Below are positions 29,476 through 39,968 of a stretch of 64,000 bases of DNA, in pieces. The notes under the pieces are model-generated. The model was not told where the DNA came from, searched no databases, and was given only the letters and a program-made list of their open reading frames with translations. A program made the translations under genes and the position numbers. Source of the DNA: Halobacteriovoraceae bacterium. GTDB taxonomy: Bacteria > Bdellovibrionota > Bacteriovoracia > Bacteriovoracales > Bacteriovoracaceae. Every line of letters starts with the position of its first letter. The stretch's first letter is position 1. The stretch lies in NCBI GenBank assembly GCA_963719505.1, contig CAVRCF010000004.1, forward strand, positions 220,458-284,457, read 5' to 3'.

Positions 29476-32232
29476 TTATTTTTTAAATGAAGTTTTAATA
29501 ATATTTTCTTGTTCTTTTAGTGGACTTGGGAGTGCCCAGTTGCTGGAGTCGAACTCATCGGTCTTGCAATGACATTAAAGTTCATAAACGTTTTGTGCTC
29601 ACGTGTTAATGAGATGATCCCACGAACCCATATTCATTGGCTCTTCTTGCACCCAAATAAACTCTGGCTTTTGCCATAGCTCTTTAACCATCTTTGTCAA
29701 CTTGCTCTTTAGGAAAAGGGTAAAGCTGCTCAAGTCTAACAATTGCTATATCTTTAATTTTATTTTCTTCTCTTTGCTTTTCAATAGTTCGTAGTAGATT
29801 TTTCCTGTACAAAAGAGAACTCTTCTTGTCGATTTTCTTGTCACGACATTTGATCATCGATAAGCTTCTTGAAACTTTCCCTTAGCGTTAGATCTCAGAC
29901 TGTTGATGACACATTCACTACCTCGTAAGAAGTGACTTTGGAGTGACAAACTATAAGTGGTTTTCTAAATTCCCATTTTTGTTGGCGTCTTAGTGCATGA
30001 AACATATTTGCAGGTGTCGTACAGTTACAAACAACCATATTATCTTCGGCGCATAGTTGTAGGTATCTTTCTGGGCGACAACTTGAATGTTCTGGTCCTT
30101 GTCCTTCATATCCGTGAGGAAGAAGCATGGTGATGCCACTCATTCGCTCCCATTTAGATTCAGCAGATGAAATAAATTGGTCAATAACAACTTGAGCTGT
30201 ATTTGAGAAGTCACCAAATTGAGCTTCCCAAATATTTAAGCTTTTTGGACTTGCTAGAGAGTATCCATATTCAAAAGCTAAAACGGCATATTCAGAGAGG
30301 TGAGAGTTGTAGATTTTCATCTCACCTTGTTTCTCTTTGAGATGTGCCAGTCCACAATAAGGCTCTGCCGTTTTTTCATCAAAAACTTTTGCATGTCTGT
30401 GTGAAAATGTTCCTCTGATAACGTCTTGACCTGTGAAACGAACATTGTTTCCTTCTAGAAGAAGTGATCCATAGGCGAGAAGCTCTCCCATGGCCCAGTC
30501 AATTCTTCCCTCTTTATAGCGCTCTTTTCTATCTTGAATAATTTTTCCAGCTTTTTTAAGAAGATTAAAATCTTTTGGAGCTGAGGTAATTTTATCAAGA
30601 ATAAGATCTAAGTCCTTTTTAGCAACTTTCGTTTCAGGAGATTTTTCAAAGTCTTTATTTGTTGACCATCTTAAATCTAGCCATTCTGTATGAGGCCCTT
30701 TTGCTTTTTCTTTTGTGACCTTTTTCTCTCTTACATCATTTAGTCTGTCGGATAGCATCTTTGGTAAACTGATTCTCCATTTTTTCAGCAAGTTCTTTGT
30801 ATTCAGAATCTCTATTAGCTAAAAATTCATTATAAAGTTCTCTTGGATTTTTAGTTTTCTAAATCAGTCCGTAGAGCTGTGGTTGAGTAAACTTTGGTTC
30901 ATCGCCTTCATTGTGTCCGTGCTTTCTATAACAAACCATATCGATAAAAATATCTGTTTTAAATTTTTGTCTAAACTCCATGGCAAATTCCATGGCGTAA
31001 ACAACACTTTCTGGATCGTCACCATTGACGTGTAAAATAGGGGCATCAAGGGTTCTTGCGATTGAGGTACAGTAGTGACTTGATCGTGCATCTTGCCAGT
31101 CGGTAGTGAATCCAATTTGGTTATTAATGACAAAGTGAATAGCTCCACCACATTGATAAGCCGGTAAGGTCTGCCATCTGAAGTGTTTCATAAACAATAC
31201 CTTGCCCAGCAACAGCCGCATCTCCATGAATCATAATCGGCACAACTTGATTGACGTCTTTATTATAGCGAATATCAGATTGAGCTCTCGCATACCCAAG
31301 GGCCACTGGTCCAACACTCTCAAGGTGACTTGGATTATGCATAATTTTTAAAAAGACTTTATCGCCTTTGGAGTTTTTCTAATGGAAGAGAAACCTTGGT
31401 GGTATTTAACATCACCACCACCTGTATGCTCTATTTCGTCTCCTGGTTCAAATTCTTTAAAAATGAATTCATAAGATTTACCGATAATATTAGCAAGAAC
31501 ATTTAGTCGTCCTCTGTGGGCCATTCCAAAGACAAACTCTTTGGCACCAAGTTCAGCACCTTTAGTAATAAGAGCATCAAGACCAGGTATTGTTGTCTCT
31601 CCACCTTCAAGTGAGAATCTTTTTTGTCCAATATATTTTGATTGTAAAAACTCTTCAAACATCGTTGCTTCATTGAGTTTTTCTAGAATTCTTTTTTTCT
31701 TCTCCATAGGAAGATCAATTGTGTGTGCTTCAGACTCGAACTTATCTCTAACCCAGCGACGAATTTCAGTATTCATAGAGTGGTAATATTCAATACCAAT
31801 CTTGTAACAATATATTCTTCGCATATGGGTGATGATATCTTGAAGAGTTGAAGCGTTGTCTGGAAGACCGAGCATCTTTCCACACCAAAACGATTTAGAT
31901 AAATCTGATTCTTCTAAGTCGTAGTCAGCTAGATTTAATCTTGCATGTCTGTCTTTTCTTGGACGAATGGGATTTGTATCTGAAAGAAGGTGTCCTCTTG
32001 ATCTATAAGATTGAATAATTCTAAAAACATTAAATTCTTTTTTTAAGGTATTTTGATCAACATCACCTGAGCCTGCTTCATCAAACTTATATTCAAAACC
32101 TTGAAAAAACATTTTCCAGGATTCATCAACAGAATTGGGATCTTTTTTGAAGTCTTCATAGAGTGTATCGATGAAAACGGAGTCGGAGCTTGAGAGATGA
32201 GAGTAATCGGGTTTTGTTGTCATGATAGTCAT
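29476..32232 (-). CDS. sucA: 2-oxoglutarate dehydrogenase E1, broken by many frameshifts between ~29500 and 31350
   Basis: KRFSLEGGE, GMAHRGRLN, GDVKYH, NPSHLE, HGDAAVAGQG, NNQIGFTT, WEAQFGDF, LPHGYEGQGPEHSS in successive frames. Confidence 0.92.
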
Positions 32233-32395
32233 GCCTTTATAGTTTTTAAATTGATCTAAACACCTATAATTATATGGTTATTCCTAGCTTTAGACAAGTT
32301 TGAACCAAGTGGGAAAAAAGGTTTTCTTCTAAATCTAACGATTGTAAGATGCCCATGTTTTAACTGCTCATCGATAACTTATTAAAGGAATTTAT

Positions 32396-32791
32396 ATGAA
32401 GAAATTATTATTAATAATGCTGCTATGTGTATGTGCTTCAAGTTTTGGAAAAGAAAAATGTGACTTTGACTTTGAGAAGTACTGTGCCTCGGTAGAATTT
32501 GATAAAAAGCCTTCTAGGTCTTACTCTTCGGACTTTAAACTCACCTTTACCGATAAGAAAACTAAAAAGGTCGTGATTCCTAGCGAAAAAGTTTCAGCCT
32601 ACCTTTGGATGAAAATGGACGGTGGTCATGAGCATGGGTCTGATAAGGTTGAGATAGAAAAAAAGAAAGACCATTTTAAAGTGAAAAATGTTTGGTTTGT
32701 GATGGTTGGAAATTGGAAACTTTTTGTTTCGCTAAGCAGCAAAGAGGCTGATCAAGAAAAGAAGTCAATGATCGTCAATATTGGAAAATAA
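32396..32791 (+). CDS. YtkA/FixH-like secreted protein
   Basis: Signal peptide; LWMKMDGGHEHGS and FVMVGNW resemble the YtkA-family M-x(2-4)-H-G and M-x-G-x-W motifs. Confidence 0.65.
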   Translation: MKKLLLIMLLCVCASSFGKEKCDFDFEKYCASVEFDKKPSRSYSSDFKLTFTDKKTKKVVIPSEKVSAYLWMKMDGGHEHGSDKVEIEKKKDHFKVKNVWFVMVGNWKLFVSLSSKEADQEKKSMIVNIGK

Positions 32792-32805
32792 AAGGTTTTT
32801 AGTTT

Positions 32806-33321
32806 ATGAGTGAATTTATTGCAAAAAATCAGTTTGTTATTTTTACGGCTTTGGGTTTAGCCGTTTTTATTCTTTCCATTTATTTAGGTCTTATTATTAA
32901 CCAAGTGAAGAAACAGAAAGTTGTCTTTGAACGCCAAAGAAAAAAAGCTGTTGAAGCGGCCGTTAAAAGAGAGCTTTTTATTCTGGAGAGTATTGAAATT
33001 ATCTGTAAAGGTGTGATTCAAGATCAATGTGAAGTCTCTGAGGGAGTTTTAAGAATAAAGAACCTCAAGGATCAACTTGAGTACATGTCGATGGATATGG
33101 ATCTTCAAGTCTTTGACCAGATGTACAGCGAAATAGAGCAATTTGACACTCTTGAAGCAAGAAGTGAGCTCTCTAAACAAGAACGTTTTAATCAGGACAA
33201 GAAGAGATTCTCAATTGAAAATGAATACAAAGATAGAGTTGTTGAGTGTAGCCGAGACCTTCTTATCTATGTGAAACAAAAAATTCAGATGATTAACGAC
33301 ACCGAAAAACCCACAGTTTAA
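32806..33321 (+). CDS. DUF2489-family membrane-anchored protein
   Basis: N-terminal TM; ESIEIICK...QCEVSEGVLRI; ARSELSKQERFNQD. Confidence 0.8.
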   Translation: MSEFIAKNQFVIFTALGLAVFILSIYLGLIINQVKKQKVVFERQRKKAVEAAVKRELFILESIEIICKGVIQDQCEVSEGVLRIKNLKDQLEYMSMDMDLQVFDQMYSEIEQFDTLEARSELSKQERFNQDKKRFSIENEYKDRVVECSRDLLIYVKQKIQMINDTEKPTV

Positions 33322-33436
33322 TTGAGTTAAATTTTATAAGCCATCATGATGTACCTTTATGGATTAGATTTTTTTAAAGAAGTAACCAGGCATACTATTG
33401 CTTTTTGTTGTTATGATTTATGAAAGTTTATTTAAG

Positions 33437-33477
33437 TGTTCGATTCTATAAATGATTAGCATTTATAGAATCGAACA
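33437..33477. repeat. Perfect 18-bp inverted repeat between convergent genes
   Basis: TGTTCGATTCTATAAATG-attag-CATTTATAGAATCGAACA. Confidence 0.9.
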
Positions 33478-33484
33478 AAATATA

Positions 33485-34012
33485 TTATGGATTGTAAGGT
33501 AGTGAAGAGTCTTGGATCGTTATTTTGATCTCAGTTCCTCTTTTAATGAATCCTAAAGTATACTCTACTTTTGTTTCTTCACCATCTAGATTCGTGAAGA
33601 AGTAATGTCCCATTGCAATTCCTTTCATACCATAAGTGATGATATTATGGTTTTCAAAACGAACTTTTGTCCAAGGTGCAATTGCAAAGCCTTTATCCTC
33701 TGGGAAGTTAGCATTACCTCCTACGAAATACGATAAAGCACCTTCGACTGTAGGTCTAAACGGTATATCTGCAGCAAGAGTTGGTTTAAAAAGAACAGTT
33801 CCCTTCTCGTAGTCGTATAGACGCATGATCTGACTTTTTGCTTCAGCTGAATAGTCCCCACCGTTTGTGAATACTTTCCCAATTTTTACAATTGATTTTC
33901 CCCAGTCTTCTTGAGTGGTTTTTACTTCGTCGATTGTTATTCCATAAGACTGTGCGAATGCTGATGTCGTTAAAGTTAAAAAGAGTGCTGCTACTAAAGA
34001 TTTAATTTTCAT
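33485..34012 (-). CDS. COG4337 / iota-class carbonic-anhydrase-like secreted protein
   Basis: VLFKPTLA, FRPTVEGALSYFVGG, FPEDKGFA, PWTKVRFEN, KVEYT, SSLPY match the family as I recall it; signal peptide. Confidence 0.75.
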   Translation of the reverse strand: MKIKSLVAALFLTLTTSAFAQSYGITIDEVKTTQEDWGKSIVKIGKVFTNGGDYSAEAKSQIMRLYDYEKGTVLFKPTLAADIPFRPTVEGALSYFVGGNANFPEDKGFAIAPWTKVRFENHNIITYGMKGIAMGHYFFTNLDGEETKVEYTLGFIKRGTEIKITIQDSSLPYNP

Positions 34013-34632
34013 AATGTCTCCTATGACTATGTTTTTGGTAAGTAATCATGAAACTAAAATTAAAGAAAAACTTTTAGCAAATGTGTGGGTGATAAAAAAT
34101 ATAAGGAAAAATCTTAGCCATAAGTTAGACAGCAAGTCCGTATAGCTATCACTTTGGTGAGATAGATCGAATAGTTCTATAAAATCAAACGAAATCTAAA
34201 GATATGCTAACTTGAGTTCTTAATTGTCTAGAGTGTAGTTTTCTAATCGAAAAGGCTGTTCAATTTCTCTATTACTAGATTTACCTCTCATTTCTTCTCC
34301 GGTGGTAAAAAATGAAACTCGACTGAGGTACTAATTCTTTTGTTGCAATTCCATAGCCCTGCTTAGGTATCAATTGGAAGATTAATTTTCTCTTAGCCTT
34401 ATTTAAAGAGCTATTTAGAGCTTTAATCATAGCAAGCTCCAAATTCTAATAAAAGACATTTTTATGGTTTCCTATATCTAGGGCAAGAGATGCTTTCGTT
34501 TTTATTAGTAATGTTACTACGAGTTTTATCATAGTTAGATTCTTAAGATTGATATACAAAAGACTCTAAGCAGTACTCATGGATTAATTTTGAAAGTGAA
34601 GAAAAAAATCGATCGATTCAATTTTATGGCAA

Positions 34633-35352
34633 CTAATCAGCAAAAGCCTCATCGTCAAAACCCACGCGACCAATAAAGGGAAGTTTCAGCGCCAAGGGGT
34701 AAAAATCGAGACCAAAATTGAGGGCAAGAATATTTACCTCTACTCCTTCCTCTAAACCAACAGCTAGACCTAAAACCCCAAAAGCATTTGCTTGGACTCC
34801 GGTACCACTAGGAGTGAGACCAGCAAATTTATATTCGATGGGCCAGTCTTTTCCAATGGCGTGAGGGGGAAGCGTGATTTTAATCTCGTCTGTATTTTGA
34901 ATTAAGTAGGTCACAAATGTGTTGCTGTTTGGACCGGGATAGATTCGGTAAGTATCTGCATAAGGGTAAACTTTAATGAGTTCTTTAAATCTTTTAATTA
35001 TCTTGTCGGCTTTGTCTGCGCGCGCTTCAAAAATAACTTCGGGATCGCTCCCATACCATTTACGATCGGGTATATCTTGATCAACAGCAACAGCCGAGCC
35101 GGTAGATCTTAACCTCCAGCCGATGACTTGAGCCACAGTATAGGTTTTATCATCTTTCTTTTTCCATGCAACCCACGGGTGCACAGCAAAGTTTCCTCTC
35201 CAGCTAAAGGCGCGAGCGGTATAAATTTGAACTATAGATTCTTTAATATCATCAGTTAAAAGAGGAGCGAGCTTTGCACTATCGCGAGAAGCTGTTCTCC
35301 AGTTTTGATTACTACATGATAAAATAAGAAAAAGAAGGGCGATTGATTTCAT
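34633..35352 (-). CDS. DUF3750-family lipoprotein
   Basis: Lipobox ILSC; WRTASRDSA, ARAFSWRGNFAVHPW, YPY...YPGPNSNTF, AIGKD. Confidence 0.88.
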   Translation of the reverse strand: MKSIALLFLILSCSNQNWRTASRDSAKLAPLLTDDIKESIVQIYTARAFSWRGNFAVHPWVAWKKKDDKTYTVAQVIGWRLRSTGSAVAVDQDIPDRKWYGSDPEVIFEARADKADKIIKRFKELIKVYPYADTYRIYPGPNSNTFVTYLIQNTDEIKITLPPHAIGKDWPIEYKFAGLTPSGTGVQANAFGVLGLAVGLEEGVEVNILALNFGLDFYPLALKLPFIGRVGFDDEAFAD

Positions 35353-35418
35353 AGTGACAAGTATACCTTATATCAAAAATGAATGCTGACTTTTATCGAT
35401 ATCGGATAAAACGCAGTA

Positions 35419-36264
35419 TTAATACTTTAAAATCTTTCGAAGAATCTTATCCATGAGTTTATCAGGCAGATATTTAAAAATATTTTGCGTGATAAATGAG
35501 CTATTACCCATATAGTATCTTGTCTTTGGTTCTTTGGATGTTAAAGCGTGGAAGATGGCTGAGCAGACCACATCTGGTGATGCCGCATTTGCATCGGCAA
35601 AAGCAACTTTTTTCTCAATAGCTTTGGTTAGGTCTCCATACTTTACAGACACATCCTCGGGGTAGGCTTCTCTTGCGTCTTTTGCTACAGCTAATGACTT
35701 TGACCAGATTGGAGTTTTTATTTGACCCGGTTGAAGAAGGGAGACTGTAATTTGGGAATTGCCAAGGAGCTCTCTTCTAAAGCCATCAGCAATCGCCTCC
35801 ATGGCGTGTTTGGAGGCTGCATAGGGAGCATTTAGAGGTGTTGTAAAAACACCAGAGTTTGAACCTGTAAATATTATTTTCCCCGCATTTGATTGTCTAA
35901 GAAGTGGCAAAAACTTTTGAGTCACTCTTACTTGAGAGGTAACGTTTACTTCAAGCTGCATACTTAAGTCATCAATATCAATATGCTCTAGTGGCCCAGC
36001 TTTTACGATACCGGCATTGTTAATAAGGGCAAAATCATCATCTTGGGTGACAAGGTTTTCCATAAAGACGACGGCGTCCTCAATTGATTTCTTATTAGTA
36101 ATATCAATCTTGATGGCTTTCAAATTCTTCTCACTGCCATCAATTCGCTTAAAATCAACGTCTGATCTCACACCTGCAAAGACAGTAAAGTCTCTTTTAG
36201 CGAGATACTTGGCCGCTTCAAAACCAATCCCAGTTGATGCACCAGTTATGAGGACATATCTCAT
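35419..36264 (-). CDS. Short-chain dehydrogenase/reductase
   Basis: TGASTGIG, NNAG, YAASK. Confidence 0.92.
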   Translation of the reverse strand: MRYVLITGASTGIGFEAAKYLAKRDFTVFAGVRSDVDFKRIDGSEKNLKAIKIDITNKKSIEDAVVFMENLVTQDDDFALINNAGIVKAGPLEHIDIDDLSMQLEVNVTSQVRVTQKFLPLLRQSNAGKIIFTGSNSGVFTTPLNAPYAASKHAMEAIADGFRRELLGNSQITVSLLQPGQIKTPIWSKSLAVAKDAREAYPEDVSVKYGDLTKAIEKKVAFADANAASPDVVCSAIFHALTSKEPKTRYYMGNSSFITQNIFKYLPDKLMDKILRKILKY

Positions 36265-36596
36265 AATTTGTTGAATTCTTCTTCAACATAGCCAAAAGTT
36301 TTAACTTTACTATTTTTGACAACGATTGGTCTTTTTATTGCGGAGGTTGTCTCCATGAGAATTTTGTATTTAGCTGGGGCAGTTGCCGCTTCAAACTCTT
36401 CTTTTATCTTTCTGTAAGTGGGCCCCTTTCTATTAACAGGCCAGTCTCCAAATGCTTCTTTCCACAATTTGAGTTCATCTTTTGTAGGGGGTTGCTTCTT
36501 AAAGTTGATAAATTCGTATTTTGCCCCGATTTTGTCAAGGTGTGTCAAAGCTTTTTTTACCGTGTTACAGTTGGGTATTCCATAAATCTTGTACAT
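36261..36596 (-). CDS. ArsC/Spx/YffB-family protein
   Basis: YGIPNCNTVKKA and IKRPI. Confidence 0.9.
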   Translation of the reverse strand: MYKIYGIPNCNTVKKALTHLDKIGAKYEFINFKKQPPTKDELKLWKEAFGDWPVNRKGPTYRKIKEEFEAATAPAKYKILMETTSAIKRPIVVKNSKVKTFGYVEEEFNKL

Positions 36597-36656
36597 GTTT
36601 GATCCTTTAACAAATGTGAATTATAATTATAGAGTATTATATAAAAGGAGACCTAT

Positions 36657-38442
36657 ATGGCAAATTTTTACAGTGATGAATCTGAGTGGAAATGGCTTTT
36701 TCATAACGCAATCGATTGGGATAAAATTCTCCCTCTCTACTACCCAGAGTATCCAACTGCAGATGGTTTCAATAATAAAGAAGAAGTATTGCAGTTTATT
36801 GAAGAACTTGTAACAGCTACCGGAGAGTGGTGTGGAACTTCAGTAAAGGATAGAGCTAGGCGCTTGGACGAACAAGGTGCTGGTGAAGTGAAGGATGGAA
36901 AAACAATTCCTGGTGAAGCCCTTCAAGAGTTTTATAACGAGGCCCAAGAACTTGCACTTTCTGGAGTTGCAGCCGATCAAAAATTTGGTGGTATGGGAGC
37001 TCCTGTTATTACGGGACTTATCTCATTTGCTCAAATGAATCGTGCTTGTTTATCTTCAGCAACTCAGTTTGGATTTTATACATCAATCATAGATATGATC
37101 GAGAGATTCTGTCCGAAGAAGATCAAGAAAGACTTATTCCAAAAATTATTGCGGGAGAGTTATCGGGTTCAATGTGTTTAACAGAGCCAAGTGCAGGTAG
37201 TGATGTAGGAAGTGTGAAGACTTCAGCGACCCCTCAAGAAGACGGAACCTATCTTTTAAATGGTTCAAAGATTTTTATCACCAACGGTGGTGGAGGTCTG
37301 GGCTTTGTTCTAGCGAGAATCAAAGGCGCGCCAGAGGGTCTTCATGGAATTTCTCTTTTCCTCTGTGAGCAGGAGGGTCTCAGTGATGACAAGCCTCTTA
37401 ATTACACGATTAGTAAAAGTGAGCACAAGATGGGTCTGCATGGATCTTTTACTTGTGTTGTTAACTATGAGGACTCGATAGCGAAGCTTGTTGGAAAAGA
37501 AAATAAAGGTTTTCAACTTATGCTTCATTTAATGAATGAAGCTAGAATCGCTGTTGGACTTCAGTGTCTTGGCGGAATAGAAGCCAGCCTGGGGTATGCT
37601 AGAGAGTATGCGGCGGAGAGATCTCAATTTGGTAAAAATCTAATAGAGCATCCTCTTTATGCGAGAAATGTTAATGACTGGGAGACGGAAAGAGATGCCT
37701 TTAGAGCGTTAATGGTTGATACAATCACTTATTTTGATGAGTACCAAAAAATAGATATGAAAAAACGTCATGGTGAAGAAGTGACTCCTGAGATGGAGAA
37801 ATTATATAAAGAAGCCAAAAAATGGACGCGAAGAAGAACTCCTTTAGTTAAGATGTATGGTGCTGAGACGTTTACGACTCTTTCTCAAAGAGCAATTCAA
37901 GCTCTTGGTGGTTATGGTTTTATTGAAGAGTATGATGCAGCAAGATTTCATAGAGATTCTTTTGCGACTCTTCTTTATGAGGGAACAACTCAGATTCAAT
38001 CGCTGATGGCGATGAAAGACTTAATGAAGTTTATCATGAGAAGTCCTTCAAAATATTTTACATGGCTTGTGAACGCCAATCCAATTGCAAACTTTTTTGG
38101 TGCTAGTTCAGAAGCAGAAAGTATATTTAATTCAACTCAATATGAATTTAAGAAGAACTTTGTAAAACTTCTCATCAGAACATTAAAACCTGAAACGAAT
38201 ACGGATGATCCAAAAGCGCTTAAGAGGTTTTTTGATTCAAAAAAATGGCTTAAAGAAGAAAATGTTGAAAAGCTTATGATCCATGCTGAAACCATTGAAT
38301 GGCCTTATCATTTACTGAAACATTAAGAGTTCTGCAAAAGCACGCCAATAAAGATGCTTCTAGGCAAGAGCTTTTTGATAAGTATCATAAACTTGTAGCC
38401 CCTAGGTTCGCAGGCATTTATGAAGATTGGCGAAATTGGTAA
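36657..38442 (+). CDS. Acyl-CoA dehydrogenase, frameshifted near 37110 and 38300-38330
   Basis: GSMCLTEPSAGSDVG, NGSKIFITNGG, EHKMGLHGS, LMNEAR, GGYGFIEEY, YEGTTQIQ; the N-terminal ORF and a C-terminal frame ending YEDWRNW* join up. Confidence 0.88.
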
Positions 38443-38476
38443 AAGAAAAAATAAACATAAACTAAAAAAAGGGAGA

Positions 38477-39886
38477 CTAAGTCTTCCTTTTTTTATGTTT
38501 TGAGTTTGAGATTGAAAAATACAGAACAGTGATAAGGCAACTAGCGGCGCCGATATAGATTTCTTCTAAATTGTATAGATCCTTGTAACCTCCTAGTCTC
38601 CAAATCATCGTGGAGATAATTCCCACTCCAGAACTTGCAATAAACTGCATATCCTTAAGTTTTCCTGGATATAAATGTCCAAAAATAATAGGAACGAGTA
38701 AAGCTGCACTTGAAAGACTACCTAAGGTCTTCCATACATTTTTAATATTCCCCTCGAAAACTCCTGCGAGAACAATGGAGAGCAGTCCCACGAAAAGGAC
38801 TCCTATATGGTGGATACTGACTTTTCCTTTCCATCTTTTAGGAACAAGGTCATAGGCCAAGGTAGAGCCTGCTAAAAAGATATAAGAGTCTAAGGTGGAT
38901 AAAATGGTGGCCATGACACCGGCGAGAACAAAGCCTCTGAGACCTTCCGGAAGAAGTTGAATGGCATAAGTGAAATACGCATGACTTGAATCAGCTTGGG
39001 GAATGAGCGCTTTAGCATACATCGCTCCAAAGGTGAGGCTAAGATCAAAGATTATCCAAATACCAGTTGAAATAAGAATACCTTTTTTAGCGGTGTCAAA
39101 ACTCTCTGCTGCAAATGAGCGCTGATAAAAATTGGGATCCACCAAAGTTGATACGGCGATGAGACCCCAACTTAATGATTCGAGTATCCCATGGGTTCCC
39201 AGTGGATTAAAGTAGGAATCGGGTAGAGACTGAAGAGGGGCCAAACCATATTCGGAAAAGGAAAAGACAACAATGAGAACGACAGATGCACACATAACGA
39301 AAAACTGAATTATGTCTGAGAAAACGACGGCTCGAAAACCTCCAAATAAAGAATAACCAAGGACAAGAAAGACACCAGTTGCAATACAAGTTGTAAGCGC
39401 ATATCCAAACAGCATCTGTATTAGGAGACCGATACTGATAGCATAGACGATGGGAATAAGATTAAGAAGGTTTAAGACACCAACCAATTTTGATGATTTA
39501 GGACCAAACATTTGCCCTACAAGATCTGGGAGTGTTAAGGCTTTAAAACCTTTGAGTCTTTTAACGATAAAGAGAGCGAAGGTAATATAGGCAACATACC
39601 AAAAAAAACCTTGGGTGATAAAATTGTAGATCCCGTTTTCAAATGCAATTTGGGAGACACCAAAGATCCCTCCGTACCAAGTTGCAACTAGGGTTGCTAT
39701 AAACATTGGAAGGGTGAGGGTTCTTCCCATAAGCATGAGGTCAATAAAATTTTCTTCTTCAGATTTTGTTTTCTTTTTTAAAAGCTGGCCGCAGTAAACG
39801 AAGGCCATTGTTAAAAAAATAAAGAAAAAAAAGACGATCCAATCCAAGGTACTAAGATATCCTAAAATATCGATTTTATTTTTCAT
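38477..39886 (-). CDS. Sodium:solute symporter (SSS), likely a thiamine or thiamine-precursor transporter
   Basis: ATLVATWYGG, YSLFGGFRAVVFSD, QRSFAA, ATILSTLDS; directly downstream of a TPP riboswitch. Confidence 0.88.
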   Translation of the reverse strand: MKNKIDILGYLSTLDWIVFFFFIFLTMAFVYCGQLLKKKTKSEEENFIDLMLMGRTLTLPMFIATLVATWYGGIFGVSQIAFENGIYNFITQGFFWYVAYITFALFIVKRLKGFKALTLPDLVGQMFGPKSSKLVGVLNLLNLIPIVYAISIGLLIQMLFGYALTTCIATGVFLVLGYSLFGGFRAVVFSDIIQFFVMCASVVLIVVFSFSEYGLAPLQSLPDSYFNPLGTHGILESLSWGLIAVSTLVDPNFYQRSFAAESFDTAKKGILISTGIWIIFDLSLTFGAMYAKALIPQADSSHAYFTYAIQLLPEGLRGFVLAGVMATILSTLDSYIFLAGSTLAYDLVPKRWKGKVSIHHIGVLFVGLLSIVLAGVFEGNIKNVWKTLGSLSSAALLVPIIFGHLYPGKLKDMQFIASSGVGIISTMIWRLGGYKDLYNLEEIYIGAASCLITVLYFSISNSKHKKRKT

Positions 39887-39889
39887 TCC

Positions 39890-39968
39890 GCTCTCCTTAC
39901 GCTCGCATTACCGAGATCAAGTTTTAGGGTATTTCTCAGCCGAAAAAGTTTTCGGCACCCCTGACGTT
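39890..39968 (-). ncRNA. TPP (THI-box) riboswitch
   Basis: Minus strand reads AGGGGTGCCGAAAA-ct-TTTTCGGCTGAGAAATACCCTAAAACTTGATCTCGGTAATGCGAGCGTAAGGAG, matching GGGUG..GCUGAGA..ACCC..AAcYUGAU..GnUAAUrC..GCGnArG. Confidence 0.9.

Noticed and set aside
28870-31350. Programmed frameshifting or phase variation in sucA/sucB
   Set aside because: Too many breaks and no consistent slippery site; sequencing error is simpler.
32345-32378. Sigma28-like ATCGATAA upstream of 32396
   Set aside because: No TAAA-like -35 element at 15-nt spacing.
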